Counted from the first letter of the stretch, positions 21,699 through 30,217 are shown. The stretch is DNA of 32,000 bases from an uncultured Oscillospiraceae bacterium (GCA_947628185.1 CANQYW010000001.1:182489-214488), one strand, 5' to 3'. Program-made: numbers and translations. The notes: generated by a model from the letters alone, not told the origin.

Positions 21699-22037
21699 AT
21701 GGACGCGGGACATAACTCCATATTAGATCAGCTCGGCATTCGCAACGGAGAATATAAGGGCGGTGCATACACTGAGTATGCCGTTTCTTTGGTGCTCGAG
21801 GATTATAATAAGATGATAAATGTCACAAGGGTCCTCTACCCGGAGGTTGCGGAGCACTTTGGGACCACGCCGAGTTGCGTTGAGAGGGACATGCGCATGG
21901 TCGTTCAGAAAGCGTGGGAGAGAAATCCCGATCTGCTGTGCGAATGGGCGGGCTATCCCTTGAAAAGGAAACCGCCGGTGACAAGGTTTATCGCCATTCT
22001 GGCGGAATACTGCGAGCGGAACGGTATCGAGGTCTAA
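21699..22037 (+). CDS. Stand-alone Spo0A C-terminal (Spo0A_C-like) DNA-binding domain protein, copy 2
   Basis: Paralog of copy 1, roughly half identical by eye: YTEYAVSLVLEDYNKMINVTRVLYPEVAEHFGTTPSCVERDMRMVVQKAW. Its RBS GGAGG lies inside the end of copy 1. Confidence 0.7.
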   Translation: MDAGHNSILDQLGIRNGEYKGGAYTEYAVSLVLEDYNKMINVTRVLYPEVAEHFGTTPSCVERDMRMVVQKAWERNPDLLCEWAGYPLKRKPPVTRFIAILAEYCERNGIEV

Positions 22038-22104
22038 TTATGTGTTTCGGAGCAACATATACCGCCAAGATAGTAGGGCCCGGTCTTCTACTGTGAATCA
22101 AATA

Positions 22105-22706
22105 TTAGTCACAGAGTTTCTCGTTAAACAGTTCATAGTAGTTATCCTCATTTGCATATCTAAGATAATATCGAGTTGCATGATCTTTATGAATAATAAC
22201 ACCAGGATTCCCAACAACGATCGAATGAGACGGAATATCAAAATTAACATAAGCATTAGGGGCTATAAGAACATCATTTCCGATGTTGATATTCCCAACC
22301 ACCATTGCATTCATGCCTATCCAAACACAATTTCCTATAGTTGGGCAACCCTTTCTTTTACCACGGTTTTCCTGACCAACGGTACATCCTTTATGTAAAC
22401 TAACGCAGTTCCCTAAAATTGCCTGCGAGTTCACAGTAATCCCAAAAGCATGTCCTAAATACAAATATTTACCAATATTGGCCGTGTAGAGATCAAAACC
22501 ATATTTCTTCCCAATCACCCTAGACAGAACATGATATATCTTGGATATGATACCTTTGGAAGAATTCGACTTTCTTTGAAGAAATAAATATCTTAGTGAT
22601 GGTTCCTTAACAAAAGCCTTTACCCCCCCCCCAATTTATTTTTCTCAATTTTCTGTCCGTATTCAAATCTATACTGATGGTAATCATATTTGAAATAGCT
22701 TTTCAT
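22105..22706 (-). pseudogene. Hexapeptide-repeat (CysE/WcaB-like) polysaccharide O-acetyltransferase, frame interrupted at a G10 tract
   Basis: ATG 22706 (RBS GGAGG) opens a 28-codon frame ending in TAA immediately after the G10 run. One extra G (or two fewer) joins it to the 22105-22518 ORF. The joined product reads ...KNKLGGGVKAFVKEPSLRYLFLQRKS...VIGKKYGFDLY... plus left-handed beta-helix repeats. Confidence 0.75.
22623..22632 (-). repeat. Homopolymer tract, G10 on the coding (minus) strand
   Basis: Ten consecutive C on the + strand, counted directly. Confidence 0.95.
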
Positions 22707-22793
22707 AACAGAACCTCCGGTTAATAAATTAGCAAAAAGTTTTCTAAGTCCGACCAAATATTGTTGCGTCTATGTAATGGCGCAGTTTATGTT

Positions 22794-23906
22794 TTATAAT
22801 AGGGCCTTGTAGCGATTTAATGCCTCGGCGACTACCTGGTCCATGTCGTAATACTTGTACTCAGCGAGGCGGCCGCCGAAGATCACTTTTGTTTCGGCGG
22901 CGGCAAGTTTTTTGTACTCTGCATAAAGCGCTGTGTTCTTCTCATCGTTCACGGGATAGTAGGGCTCGTCGCCGGGTCTCCACTCTGAGCTGTATTCGCG
23001 GCTGATTACCGTTTTTGGCAGGTCGTTTCCGTTCTCGTCCTTGCCGAACTCAAACCATTTATGCTCAATGATGCGCGTCCAGGGAGTCTCGCGGTCGGTA
23101 TAGTTGACCGCCGCGTTGCCCTGGAAGTTGGGCCTATCGAGGACTTCGGTCTCAAATCGCACCGAACGATATTCCAGCGGGCCAAGCTTATAGCCGAAAT
23201 AAGCGTCGATGGGGCCGGTATAGACCACCGTCTCGGCGAGCTTGTCAAGCTCCGCCTTGTGCTCGAGGTAATCGACACCCAGCCGCACCTCGATGCCCTC
23301 AAGCATTCGTTCCACCATCTTCGTGTAGCCGCCAATGGGGATACCCTGGTAGAGGGCGTTGAAGTAGTTGTTATCAAAGGTGAACCGCACTGGAAGGCGC
23401 TTTATTATGAACGCTGGAAGGTCGCGACAGGCTCTCCCCCACTGCTTTTCCGTGTAGCCCTTAACGAGCTTTTCGTAGATGTCAGTACCCACGAGGGAGA
23501 TGGCCTGTTCCTCAAGATTTTGGGGGTTCGTGATGCCGGCGGCTCTCCGCTGTTCCTCGATCTTCGCCGCCGCCTCCTCCGGCGTCACCACGCCCCACAT
23601 GCGGTTGAAGGTGTACATGTTGAAGGGCAGAGAGTACAGTTCGCCCCTGAAGTTCGCTACGGGACTGTTCGTAAAACGGTTAAATTCGGCGAATTGGTTG
23701 AGATAGTCCCAAACTTCTTTGTTGTTCGTGTGGAAGATGTGCGCGCCGTATTTGTGGACGTTTATACCTTCGATACGCTCAGTATAGACATTCCCGGCGA
23801 TGTGAGGGCGTCTCTCCACGACGAGCACGGACTTTCCGGCGGCGTGGGCGAGGTTTGCGAATGTGGCGCCATAGAGCCCGGCGCCGACGACGAGGTAATT
23901 ATACAT
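22794..23906 (-). CDS. glf: UDP-galactopyranose mutase
   Basis: N-terminal FAD fold MYNYLVVGAGLYGATFA and characteristic ...HKYGAHIFHTN... and ...YYPVND... segments; 370 aa. Confidence 0.95.
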   Translation of the reverse strand: MYNYLVVGAGLYGATFANLAHAAGKSVLVVERRPHIAGNVYTERIEGINVHKYGAHIFHTNNKEVWDYLNQFAEFNRFTNSPVANFRGELYSLPFNMYTFNRMWGVVTPEEAAAKIEEQRRAAGITNPQNLEEQAISLVGTDIYEKLVKGYTEKQWGRACRDLPAFIIKRLPVRFTFDNNYFNALYQGIPIGGYTKMVERMLEGIEVRLGVDYLEHKAELDKLAETVVYTGPIDAYFGYKLGPLEYRSVRFETEVLDRPNFQGNAAVNYTDRETPWTRIIEHKWFEFGKDENGNDLPKTVISREYSSEWRPGDEPYYPVNDEKNTALYAEYKKLAAAETKVIFGGRLAEYKYYDMDQVVAEALNRYKALL

Positions 23907-23928
23907 AGCGATTTTCCTTTACATTTAC

Positions 23929-24984
23929 TCACTTATTTTGTTCTGATTCGACCATCTTCTGATCTAACAACTCGGCCACTCTCCCCTCCTGTCCTCGGGA
24001 AACCATAATGGCATCTTTACTGAAACGGTCTATCTTCCACTGGTTATAACCAGCTCCAACCGTCTCCTGATCGGATCTTAACGTGACGTCGCCGCCAAAC
24101 AGGGCCCTCCCCTTCATCTCGCTGTAGTACAGGGTCTTGCCCTCCACGGCATACATCACCGTTAGTAGATCCCAACTGCTTCGCGTAAAACCATTCTGTT
24201 TATTGCTGTAGAGCTCGTAAGCGGCTCTTACCGGGTTATTTTCACTTAATTCGCCTATTCTTTTCCCGGTCATAACGGATTCGCCTATTTCGTAACCGCA
24301 CCACATGATATGGGCGGGGAAATTTTGTGATACGAACTCGGCCGCCTCAGGCGCCAGACTGATATTGTACTCCCCCTGCGGTTTTGATTCCGGAAACTGC
24401 CCACCCATTATGACGCACAACTTTACTTTCTTCCTCACAAGGTCTACGCCATTTAGCGAACTATGTGAATCTCCCTCAGAGCGCAATAGATCATACAGAT
24501 TATTGAGCGGCCCCACCACTACGATCACCACGCTGCCATTGTCCGCGCCCGCGAGGCATTTGCGATAGACATCTACAGCCGATCCCGCATTTTTGTCTGA
24601 AAGAATATCATTTTCAAAGTTCTCGGATATGTATTTCTGATACCTCGACGTACCCTTGTCCGGGCAATCGGGAGATATCCCTATTGGAATATCAGGTAAA
24701 CCATAGTAGGTGTTTATTGCGTCAATACATGGCGCCGTATAGCCTGTATTACAGGAGCCGACAGCCGCCAAAAGTTCAGCTCTGCCCTCCCGAATGTACG
24801 AATGGAGGATCGCGAGCGCGCCTACGTCGTCCACATCAGTGTCCATATCTGTATCAAAAATAATTTTCACTGTCTCGTCAGGCGTGTATCTATATGCTCC
24901 AAGTTCCTTCCTGGCGCACACTCCCACAAGCAATACAAATATAGACACCGCAAACAATATACCGATAAACCGCTTTTTACTCAT
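23929..24984 (-). CDS. Membrane-anchored or secreted nucleoside-hydrolase-fold (IUNH-like) protein
   Basis: N-terminal hydrophobic anchor FIGILFAVSIFVLLVGV, then the aspartate cluster IFDTDMDTDVDDVGALAILH typical of inosine-uridine nucleoside hydrolase-like proteins. Confidence 0.6.
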   Translation of the reverse strand: MSKKRFIGILFAVSIFVLLVGVCARKELGAYRYTPDETVKIIFDTDMDTDVDDVGALAILHSYIREGRAELLAAVGSCNTGYTAPCIDAINTYYGLPDIPIGISPDCPDKGTSRYQKYISENFENDILSDKNAGSAVDVYRKCLAGADNGSVVIVVVGPLNNLYDLLRSEGDSHSSLNGVDLVRKKVKLCVIMGGQFPESKPQGEYNISLAPEAAEFVSQNFPAHIMWCGYEIGESVMTGKRIGELSENNPVRAAYELYSNKQNGFTRSSWDLLTVMYAVEGKTLYYSEMKGRALFGGDVTLRSDQETVGAGYNQWKIDRFSKDAIMVSRGQEGRVAELLDQKMVESEQNK

Positions 24985-25005
24985 ACAACTTGCTCCGATG
25001 TACGC

Positions 25006-26430
25006 TCACAGTCTCCCGCGATACTTTGAGATCTTTTGAAGGATCTCAGTTAGTTCCCTCCGATTTGCGACCAGGTATACGCAATACACCGCAAAATATA
25101 TGATCCCGGCTTTCCAGAGGCTGAAACACATATTTGCCGCGATAAACACCGCGGACAGGACGCACTCCCAGGCCGTGACTCCGTCCATGGAGATCCGGTA
25201 GTTTCTCGATATCGCCATATTCGCTAAGATGCTCCTCAGCGCCACGCAAAACACCATTGCCAGCACCAATGCGTTCAAACTTTTAACGACAAACACACTC
25301 ACAGCGCAGAGCACGGTGCTCGTCACGAGGGAAACTGCGTTTATCGCCAAAAGGCTCCTCTCTTTTCGGAGAACTTTCAGGTATGTGGAGTACAAAAGCT
25401 GCATTTTTCCGTCAAAAACGCACACCGGAAGGAGCCAGGACATGTAACCGAGGCTCACCTCGTACTGGGGCAGCCACATGCCCAGGAGTTTCCTCATGGG
25501 TATGAACAGCACCATGACGAAACAGAGAAGAAAACTCGAATTCTTCCTGAGTGACACAAAGAGCTGTTTTGCCTTGTCCGGCTCGATCTGTCTCAGGGCC
25601 GGGAACATGACCATGCTCACCTGTGATATGAACTGTAAAAAGAAGTTCGTCAGGGAAATGGCAAAGGACAATAGCCCAAACTCCGTTATGGTCTGGGTCA
25701 TGTCCACAAAGATCCGCCCGATGCCGAGGATGAGACTGCTGGCTATATTGGATACTGTCAGATTTATCCCGACCCGGATATTTATCCAAGCCTCCCGCAG
25801 GGACCTACCGGGTGATACGCCGCCCGCGAAGATGAAACTCCGGCTCTTTATGAGGCAATAGAGCGACGCCGCAAGCTGGGACACCACAAAAAGGACGATA
25901 TAGATCTCGAACCGCCTCTGGCGCGTAAAGAGCAGAAAGGCGATGCAGAGGATGAAGGCCACCTTGGAGATGATAGTCGAGAGCGAGTAGACCCTCGTCC
26001 TGTTCGCCGCCTGATAGACGTACCCCCAGAACCAACAGGTGTTGGCAAGGAGCAGATAGACGGCTATGCAGATCCACACGAGCCGGCGCTCCGGCGAGGC
26101 AGTGGTGAGCACGACGACCGGCAGCAGGACGGCGCAGATAACCGTCTGCCAGAGCAGCATGAGCCGGTACTGGGAACCTATCAGCGGCTTATCAAGCTCG
26201 TCAAGCTCCTTCCCTCCGTAGCGAAGATATATCCCGTCCGACATCCCAAAATGGAAGAACCCCACATAACCGCTGTAGAACATGAATAGCTGCCAATAGG
26301 AGAATTGCTCCACGCCCAAAAGTTTCGGTATGAGCAGTGACGTCAGGACGCTGGCCACAAGGCTTATGGTCTGCGCCGCGAAGGCGACGGCAACATTTTT
26401 CGCAAATCTCGATGCTTTAGATTCAGACAT
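25006..26430 (-). CDS. wzx: Polysaccharide flippase (Wzx, MOP superfamily)
   Basis: 474 aa and about 12-14 TM. N-terminus ...FAKNVAVAFAAQTISLVASVLTSLLIPKLLGVEQFSYWQLF... is typical of Wzx-type flippases, and the gene lies in a glycan locus. Confidence 0.8.
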   Translation of the reverse strand: MSESKASRFAKNVAVAFAAQTISLVASVLTSLLIPKLLGVEQFSYWQLFMFYSGYVGFFHFGMSDGIYLRYGGKELDELDKPLIGSQYRLMLLWQTVICAVLLPVVVLTTASPERRLVWICIAVYLLLANTCWFWGYVYQAANRTRVYSLSTIISKVAFILCIAFLLFTRQRRFEIYIVLFVVSQLAASLYCLIKSRSFIFAGGVSPGRSLREAWINIRVGINLTVSNIASSLILGIGRIFVDMTQTITEFGLLSFAISLTNFFLQFISQVSMVMFPALRQIEPDKAKQLFVSLRKNSSFLLCFVMVLFIPMRKLLGMWLPQYEVSLGYMSWLLPVCVFDGKMQLLYSTYLKVLRKERSLLAINAVSLVTSTVLCAVSVFVVKSLNALVLAMVFCVALRSILANMAISRNYRISMDGVTAWECVLSAVFIAANMCFSLWKAGIIYFAVYCVYLVANRRELTEILQKISKYRGRL

Positions 26431-26435
26431 TTAAT

Positions 26436-28340
26436 TTATCCCTTATTAAACCGGCGTTTCAGTATAAAATAGATGCGCTCATAGGGCAGGGGCAATTTTA
26501 TAAGGCGTTTCATAAAGCCTATCTTCCACATGCTGGATATAAAATCTCCCTTGAGCCGCCCCGGGTCTCTCAAGTATTCCCGGAGTTTTGCGGGGCGGGC
26601 GATAAGCATTATCAAATTGTCAAACACCCTGAAGTCGCCCCACAAATTTGCCTGCCAGAGGGTGGGGCTGAGACACATGTCCGTGAAGTTATACCAAGCG
26701 GCGTCCGGCGGGATGGGTGGGAGCCCGCCCGGGAATGACGCGGCCAAGTCCCTCACGAACTCCAGCGCGCCGCTCTGGTACTCCCGCATTATAGATATCT
26801 CGTCACAGCACTTTCCATCGCGGCTCTCGTACTCGAAGTCATACATCACCGGCGCGGGTCTCCCGTCCACCTTGACGAAACGCTTGACGGAGCCGTGCTG
26901 ACCTAAGAAGATCGACTCAAAGATCGGCACGAAACAGCTGAGCTTATTCACGAACTCCTCGTTCTTGCCCCGCTCGTGGAGATAGCCCGAGGCCCGGATG
27001 ACGCCATTGTTCACCAGCGGCGCGTCGGGTGAGACGCCCACATAGTACCCCCGCACCTCGATGCCGAGACCGGACTCGCGTATGAGCTCCTGGAGGCCGT
27101 TCTGCATCGTCCCGTGGCGGCCTATGTCCACCACCGCTATGCGCTCCGCCATATGGAGGGAGGAGATATACTCCAAAAGCGCGTCGTACTCGTCTTTGGA
27201 GTTCTCCACCACCAGATCGCGGACGGAGTCATAGAACTTGGACACCCTATCTGAGGTCTTAAATGTCCCGTGCTCAAAAACCTCGTCCAAATCTACCCCG
27301 CAGGCGGCGGCGCGGTCCCGGCAGTCCTCCGGCTCCAGGCCCAGCCTCAGTATGAATGTGCGGAGGGTCATCCGGTCCTGGAGGGTTATATTCTTGAATA
27401 TCTCATGGAGCTCCGGGTGTTTCCAGATGAGGGGCACGGTGTAAGACCGGCGGGAACAGTAGAGGTAGTGGGTGGAGAACCCCTCCCCGTACACCGCGTC
27501 AAAAGCCTGTTTCATGGTGTAACCGTCCCGGGACATGAAATATACGTCCCTGATGCCGTCCCCCTCCAGCCGCCGCGCCAGCCACTGGGTGAAACCCGCT
27601 AAGAGCGGGCCGAAGGTTTTAGCGCCCAAGCTGGCGTATGTACCCATCCCGGGGGACACGTTCTCTATAGCGGCGGCGAGAGTGCGGTAAATGAGGGCGC
27701 TCTGGGGCGCCAGCCCCTTCGGGACGGCGCAGAGCTCCTTCCTGGCGCCGGGTACGCGCCGCGCGTGTATCCCCATGGAGCGCGGGATGAGAAAGTCGCT
27801 CTTTCTGTTGTCCCCAAAGTGCGCGAGCTCTCCGGCGGAGATGCCAAGGTCCTTCAATACCGCCCGGTAGAGGGATCCGTCGGCCTTCGTGCGTGACTCC
27901 TCGCAGGAGACGTAGAGCCGCTTATAGCCCCGGACGCCGCACTTCTCCAGCATCTTCCCGATGAACGACGAGGGGAGGTACATGTCCGATATTAGCACCA
28001 CCGTCCGGCCCTCCTCCAGGCAGCGGTCAAAAAGGCCCACATACTCAGGATCAGGCCGGCAGCCCATGAGCTCAAAGCTCAGTTCCCTCTCCATGAGCTC
28101 CCCCGCCGGGGCACCAAGCTGAGAGCCAAGTTCGGCGTAAATATCCGCAATCGTGACAGGCGTTCTGGACTTCGCCGCGGCGGCCCTCTCCGCCACGATA
28201 CGCAGCTCGGCAAACCCCGCCGGGACGTCCCCGCAGCAGTGCTCCATCATGCGGAAGATGTCCGTGGGTCTCGCGACGCTGCGTTTGATGAGGGTGTCGA
28301 AGACATCAAAGGAGACGTATGTCTGCTTAATTTTTTGCAT
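26436..28340 (-). CDS. HAD-superfamily hydrolase domain protein with a large uncharacterised C-terminal region (COG5610-like, recalled)
   Basis: HAD motif I FDVFDTLIKR, motif II LISD, and motif III/IV K...GDNRKSD in the first 200 aa. The remaining 430 aa are unassigned. Confidence 0.55.
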   Translation of the reverse strand: MQKIKQTYVSFDVFDTLIKRSVARPTDIFRMMEHCCGDVPAGFAELRIVAERAAAAKSRTPVTIADIYAELGSQLGAPAGELMERELSFELMGCRPDPEYVGLFDRCLEEGRTVVLISDMYLPSSFIGKMLEKCGVRGYKRLYVSCEESRTKADGSLYRAVLKDLGISAGELAHFGDNRKSDFLIPRSMGIHARRVPGARKELCAVPKGLAPQSALIYRTLAAAIENVSPGMGTYASLGAKTFGPLLAGFTQWLARRLEGDGIRDVYFMSRDGYTMKQAFDAVYGEGFSTHYLYCSRRSYTVPLIWKHPELHEIFKNITLQDRMTLRTFILRLGLEPEDCRDRAAACGVDLDEVFEHGTFKTSDRVSKFYDSVRDLVVENSKDEYDALLEYISSLHMAERIAVVDIGRHGTMQNGLQELIRESGLGIEVRGYYVGVSPDAPLVNNGVIRASGYLHERGKNEEFVNKLSCFVPIFESIFLGQHGSVKRFVKVDGRPAPVMYDFEYESRDGKCCDEISIMREYQSGALEFVRDLAASFPGGLPPIPPDAAWYNFTDMCLSPTLWQANLWGDFRVFDNLIMLIARPAKLREYLRDPGRLKGDFISSMWKIGFMKRLIKLPLPYERIYFILKRRFNKG

Positions 28341-29649
28341 AGGCTTGCGGCCTCCTCTTCACTGGTACTATGCGAAATCTGATTTGTTTTTCCACAACAA
28401 GTTTGTAAAGTATGTAGGTGATCATGATTTTGAATACAAAACCAAAAGATACGATGTTGGAATAGAAGAAGTTATTATACATATACAGAATGGCACAATA
28501 ATAAATTTGGCAGAAAATAATAATAGGAAGATTACTCCGTTTCTTTTTTGTGTACTCATAGAAAACCGAGTATATAAGCGAGAATAAAGCGTGAAGAACG
28601 AAAACGCCAATCATTCCAAAGTCGTAATGGTAATCACGTAACGCCGTATATATGTTCCCTGTACTTACACCGGCAACAGACCTAAACTCCTTATGGAAAA
28701 TATAACTTTCTATATCAACGATTCCCACACGTCTAAGTGCGTTGAGTAGGGAATAAAACGTTTCTTTTCCCCAGATATCTGACTTCATAGGCGGGTTATT
28801 CAAATAAAGGTCAAGGTTGACAACGCCTGTTCCCATGTAATGCGCCGTATAATCGAGAAGTGTAGCATCGCTCACGCGGCCCACAAATTCCTTTACAAAA
28901 TAAAAAAACCACGCCGCGACAACCACAATCAGCATTACACGCATAAGAAAGCCAAATTTATAAGTTTTATACTTTCCCAAGCGTTGAATGCGTGTCATGT
29001 GGAACAGAAAGATACCGGCAATTATGTTTGACAGTATAGAAAACCGCCCACTGGTAAGCAAACTGGACAGGACTGTAAGGGCCAAAAACACAACCTGTAA
29101 AATTATTTCACGGACCTTGAACGAGCGGAAGAACTTGATCAGGTTGAACATATACAAAATACATAATGCCTGCAACAGATTCATCGTCAGCCGCAGCCAC
29201 AACGGGTACTGCGCGTCCACATCGGTGGAATATCCATGCGCGTTTCGATAGGAGGTCATGATCTGCCCGAACATTCCCGATGTTCCCGCCACGCGAGTGA
29301 TCTCCCGCAGCTGAGCGATAATCACAACAACCGCCACGAGCAGCGCAAAAAATGTAAAGCCTTTTGGAATTGGGCTTGACTTGTCCTGCACAGGACGGAT
29401 CCGAATATGCTGAAACGCGCTGCGACAGAACATCCCAATAACCACGCTCAGCGTCATGCACGAACCAATGAGCACGGTCGTCTGTAAGCTAAAAGAATAG
29501 TCGAGGTCAAACAGGATATAGATACTCAAACTGCACGCAAAAATAAAACCGAGAATCATCATCGTGGACGGTGCGAAGAAGTCCCGCCCGGTCAGGTAAT
29601 AGCTGATGTAAAAGAGCGCGATCAGCCATATAAATAAAACTATCTGCAA
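28327..29649 (-). CDS. wzy: Oligosaccharide repeat-unit polymerase (Wzy-like)
   Basis: 440 aa, about 10-12 TM, very AT-rich, no soluble domain, placed between glycosyltransferases and wzx. TTG start after GGAAGGTGGG. Confidence 0.65.
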   Translation of the reverse strand: MQIVLFIWLIALFYISYYLTGRDFFAPSTMMILGFIFACSLSIYILFDLDYSFSLQTTVLIGSCMTLSVVIGMFCRSAFQHIRIRPVQDKSSPIPKGFTFFALLVAVVVIIAQLREITRVAGTSGMFGQIMTSYRNAHGYSTDVDAQYPLWLRLTMNLLQALCILYMFNLIKFFRSFKVREIILQVVFLALTVLSSLLTSGRFSILSNIIAGIFLFHMTRIQRLGKYKTYKFGFLMRVMLIVVVAAWFFYFVKEFVGRVSDATLLDYTAHYMGTGVVNLDLYLNNPPMKSDIWGKETFYSLLNALRRVGIVDIESYIFHKEFRSVAGVSTGNIYTALRDYHYDFGMIGVFVLHALFSLIYSVFYEYTKKKRSNLPIIIFCQIYYCAILYMYNNFFYSNIVSFGFVFKIMITYILYKLVVEKQIRFRIVPVKRRPQAYAKN

Positions 29650-29677
29650 GACATTCCCACCTTCCGTCTACTCACCC

Positions 29678-30217
29678 TTATCCCCTGGCAAACGCCCTAT
29701 AAAACCCATCCCGTTTCGCGTCCAAGCGGTCTTTGCGGAACCTTTGGGCCTCCGCGAAATTCCGACGAGCTACGCGGAGCCGCAGGTCCGGCTCCAGCAT
29801 CTTCCGCAAAATATCCGCCAACTTCCGGTAGTCCCCTCTCGGGAACAAAAACTCCCGCTCGATTAGCTCGTAATTCCCGCCCACGTCGCAGGCGGCCACG
29901 GGACACGCCCGGCTCATGGCCTCCACTATCGAGCGGCAGAGGCCCTCGCTGAGGCTCGGGTGGACGTAGACGTCTATCCCGTCGTACCACTCAAAGGTCC
30001 TGTCGTGGGGCAGCAGGCCCAGGAGTTTCACCTGGTCCTCCACGCCCAGACGCCGGGATATATCCTCTATCCGCCCGGGGTCCCCGCCGCCGATGATCTG
30101 ATACTCTATCCCCGTAATGCCCTCGTCCTTCAGCTCTTTTATCGCCCTAATGACGGTCTCGTGGCCCTTGAACTTTAAATTCACATGGGCCGCCGTCCCG
30201 ATTATCAACTTGCTCAT
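29678..30217 (-). CDS. Free-standing GT4 (GT-B fold) C-terminal half-domain protein
   Basis: MSKLIIGTAAHVNLKFKGHETVIRAI...EGLCRSIVEAM (EX7E motif) is a paralog of the C-terminal half of the upstream GT4. ATG 30217 has RBS GAGGAAGG 5 nt upstream; the alternative ATG 30244 overlaps the upstream stop. No N-terminal Rossmann half is encoded. Confidence 0.7.
   Translation of the reverse strand: MSKLIIGTAAHVNLKFKGHETVIRAIKELKDEGITGIEYQIIGGGDPGRIEDISRRLGVEDQVKLLGLLPHDRTFEWYDGIDVYVHPSLSEGLCRSIVEAMSRACPVAACDVGGNYELIEREFLFPRGDYRKLADILRKMLEPDLRLRVARRNFAEAQRFRKDRLDAKRDGFYRAFARG
29894..29937 (-). repeat. 44-nt perfect direct repeat, copy 1 (EX7E-coding segment)
   Basis: CACGCCCGGCTCATGGCCTCCACTATCGAGCGGCAGAGGCCCTC is identical to 30467-30510. 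Confidence 0.9.

Noticed and set aside
22038-22104. Possible bidirectional terminator between the convergent Spo0A_C-like copy 2 and the acetyltransferase.
   Set aside because: Only a 5-bp AGTAG/CTACT stem with an 11-nt loop and no T tract; too weak to call.
22042-22398. 118-aa + strand ORF (Ile/Asn-rich) and the 82-aa minus-strand ORF at 21288-21536.
   Set aside because: Both are antisense to ORFs with clear homology (the acetyltransferase and Spo0A_C-like copy 1), have low-complexity composition and lack an RBS.
18854-28301. Spo0A 0A-box heptamers (TTCGACA at 18854-18860; TGTCGAA at 28295-28301) as possible targets of the Spo0A_C-like proteins.
   Set aside because: A 7-mer is expected several times by chance in 32 kb on two strands. 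One copy lies inside a coding region, and there is no clustering near promoters.
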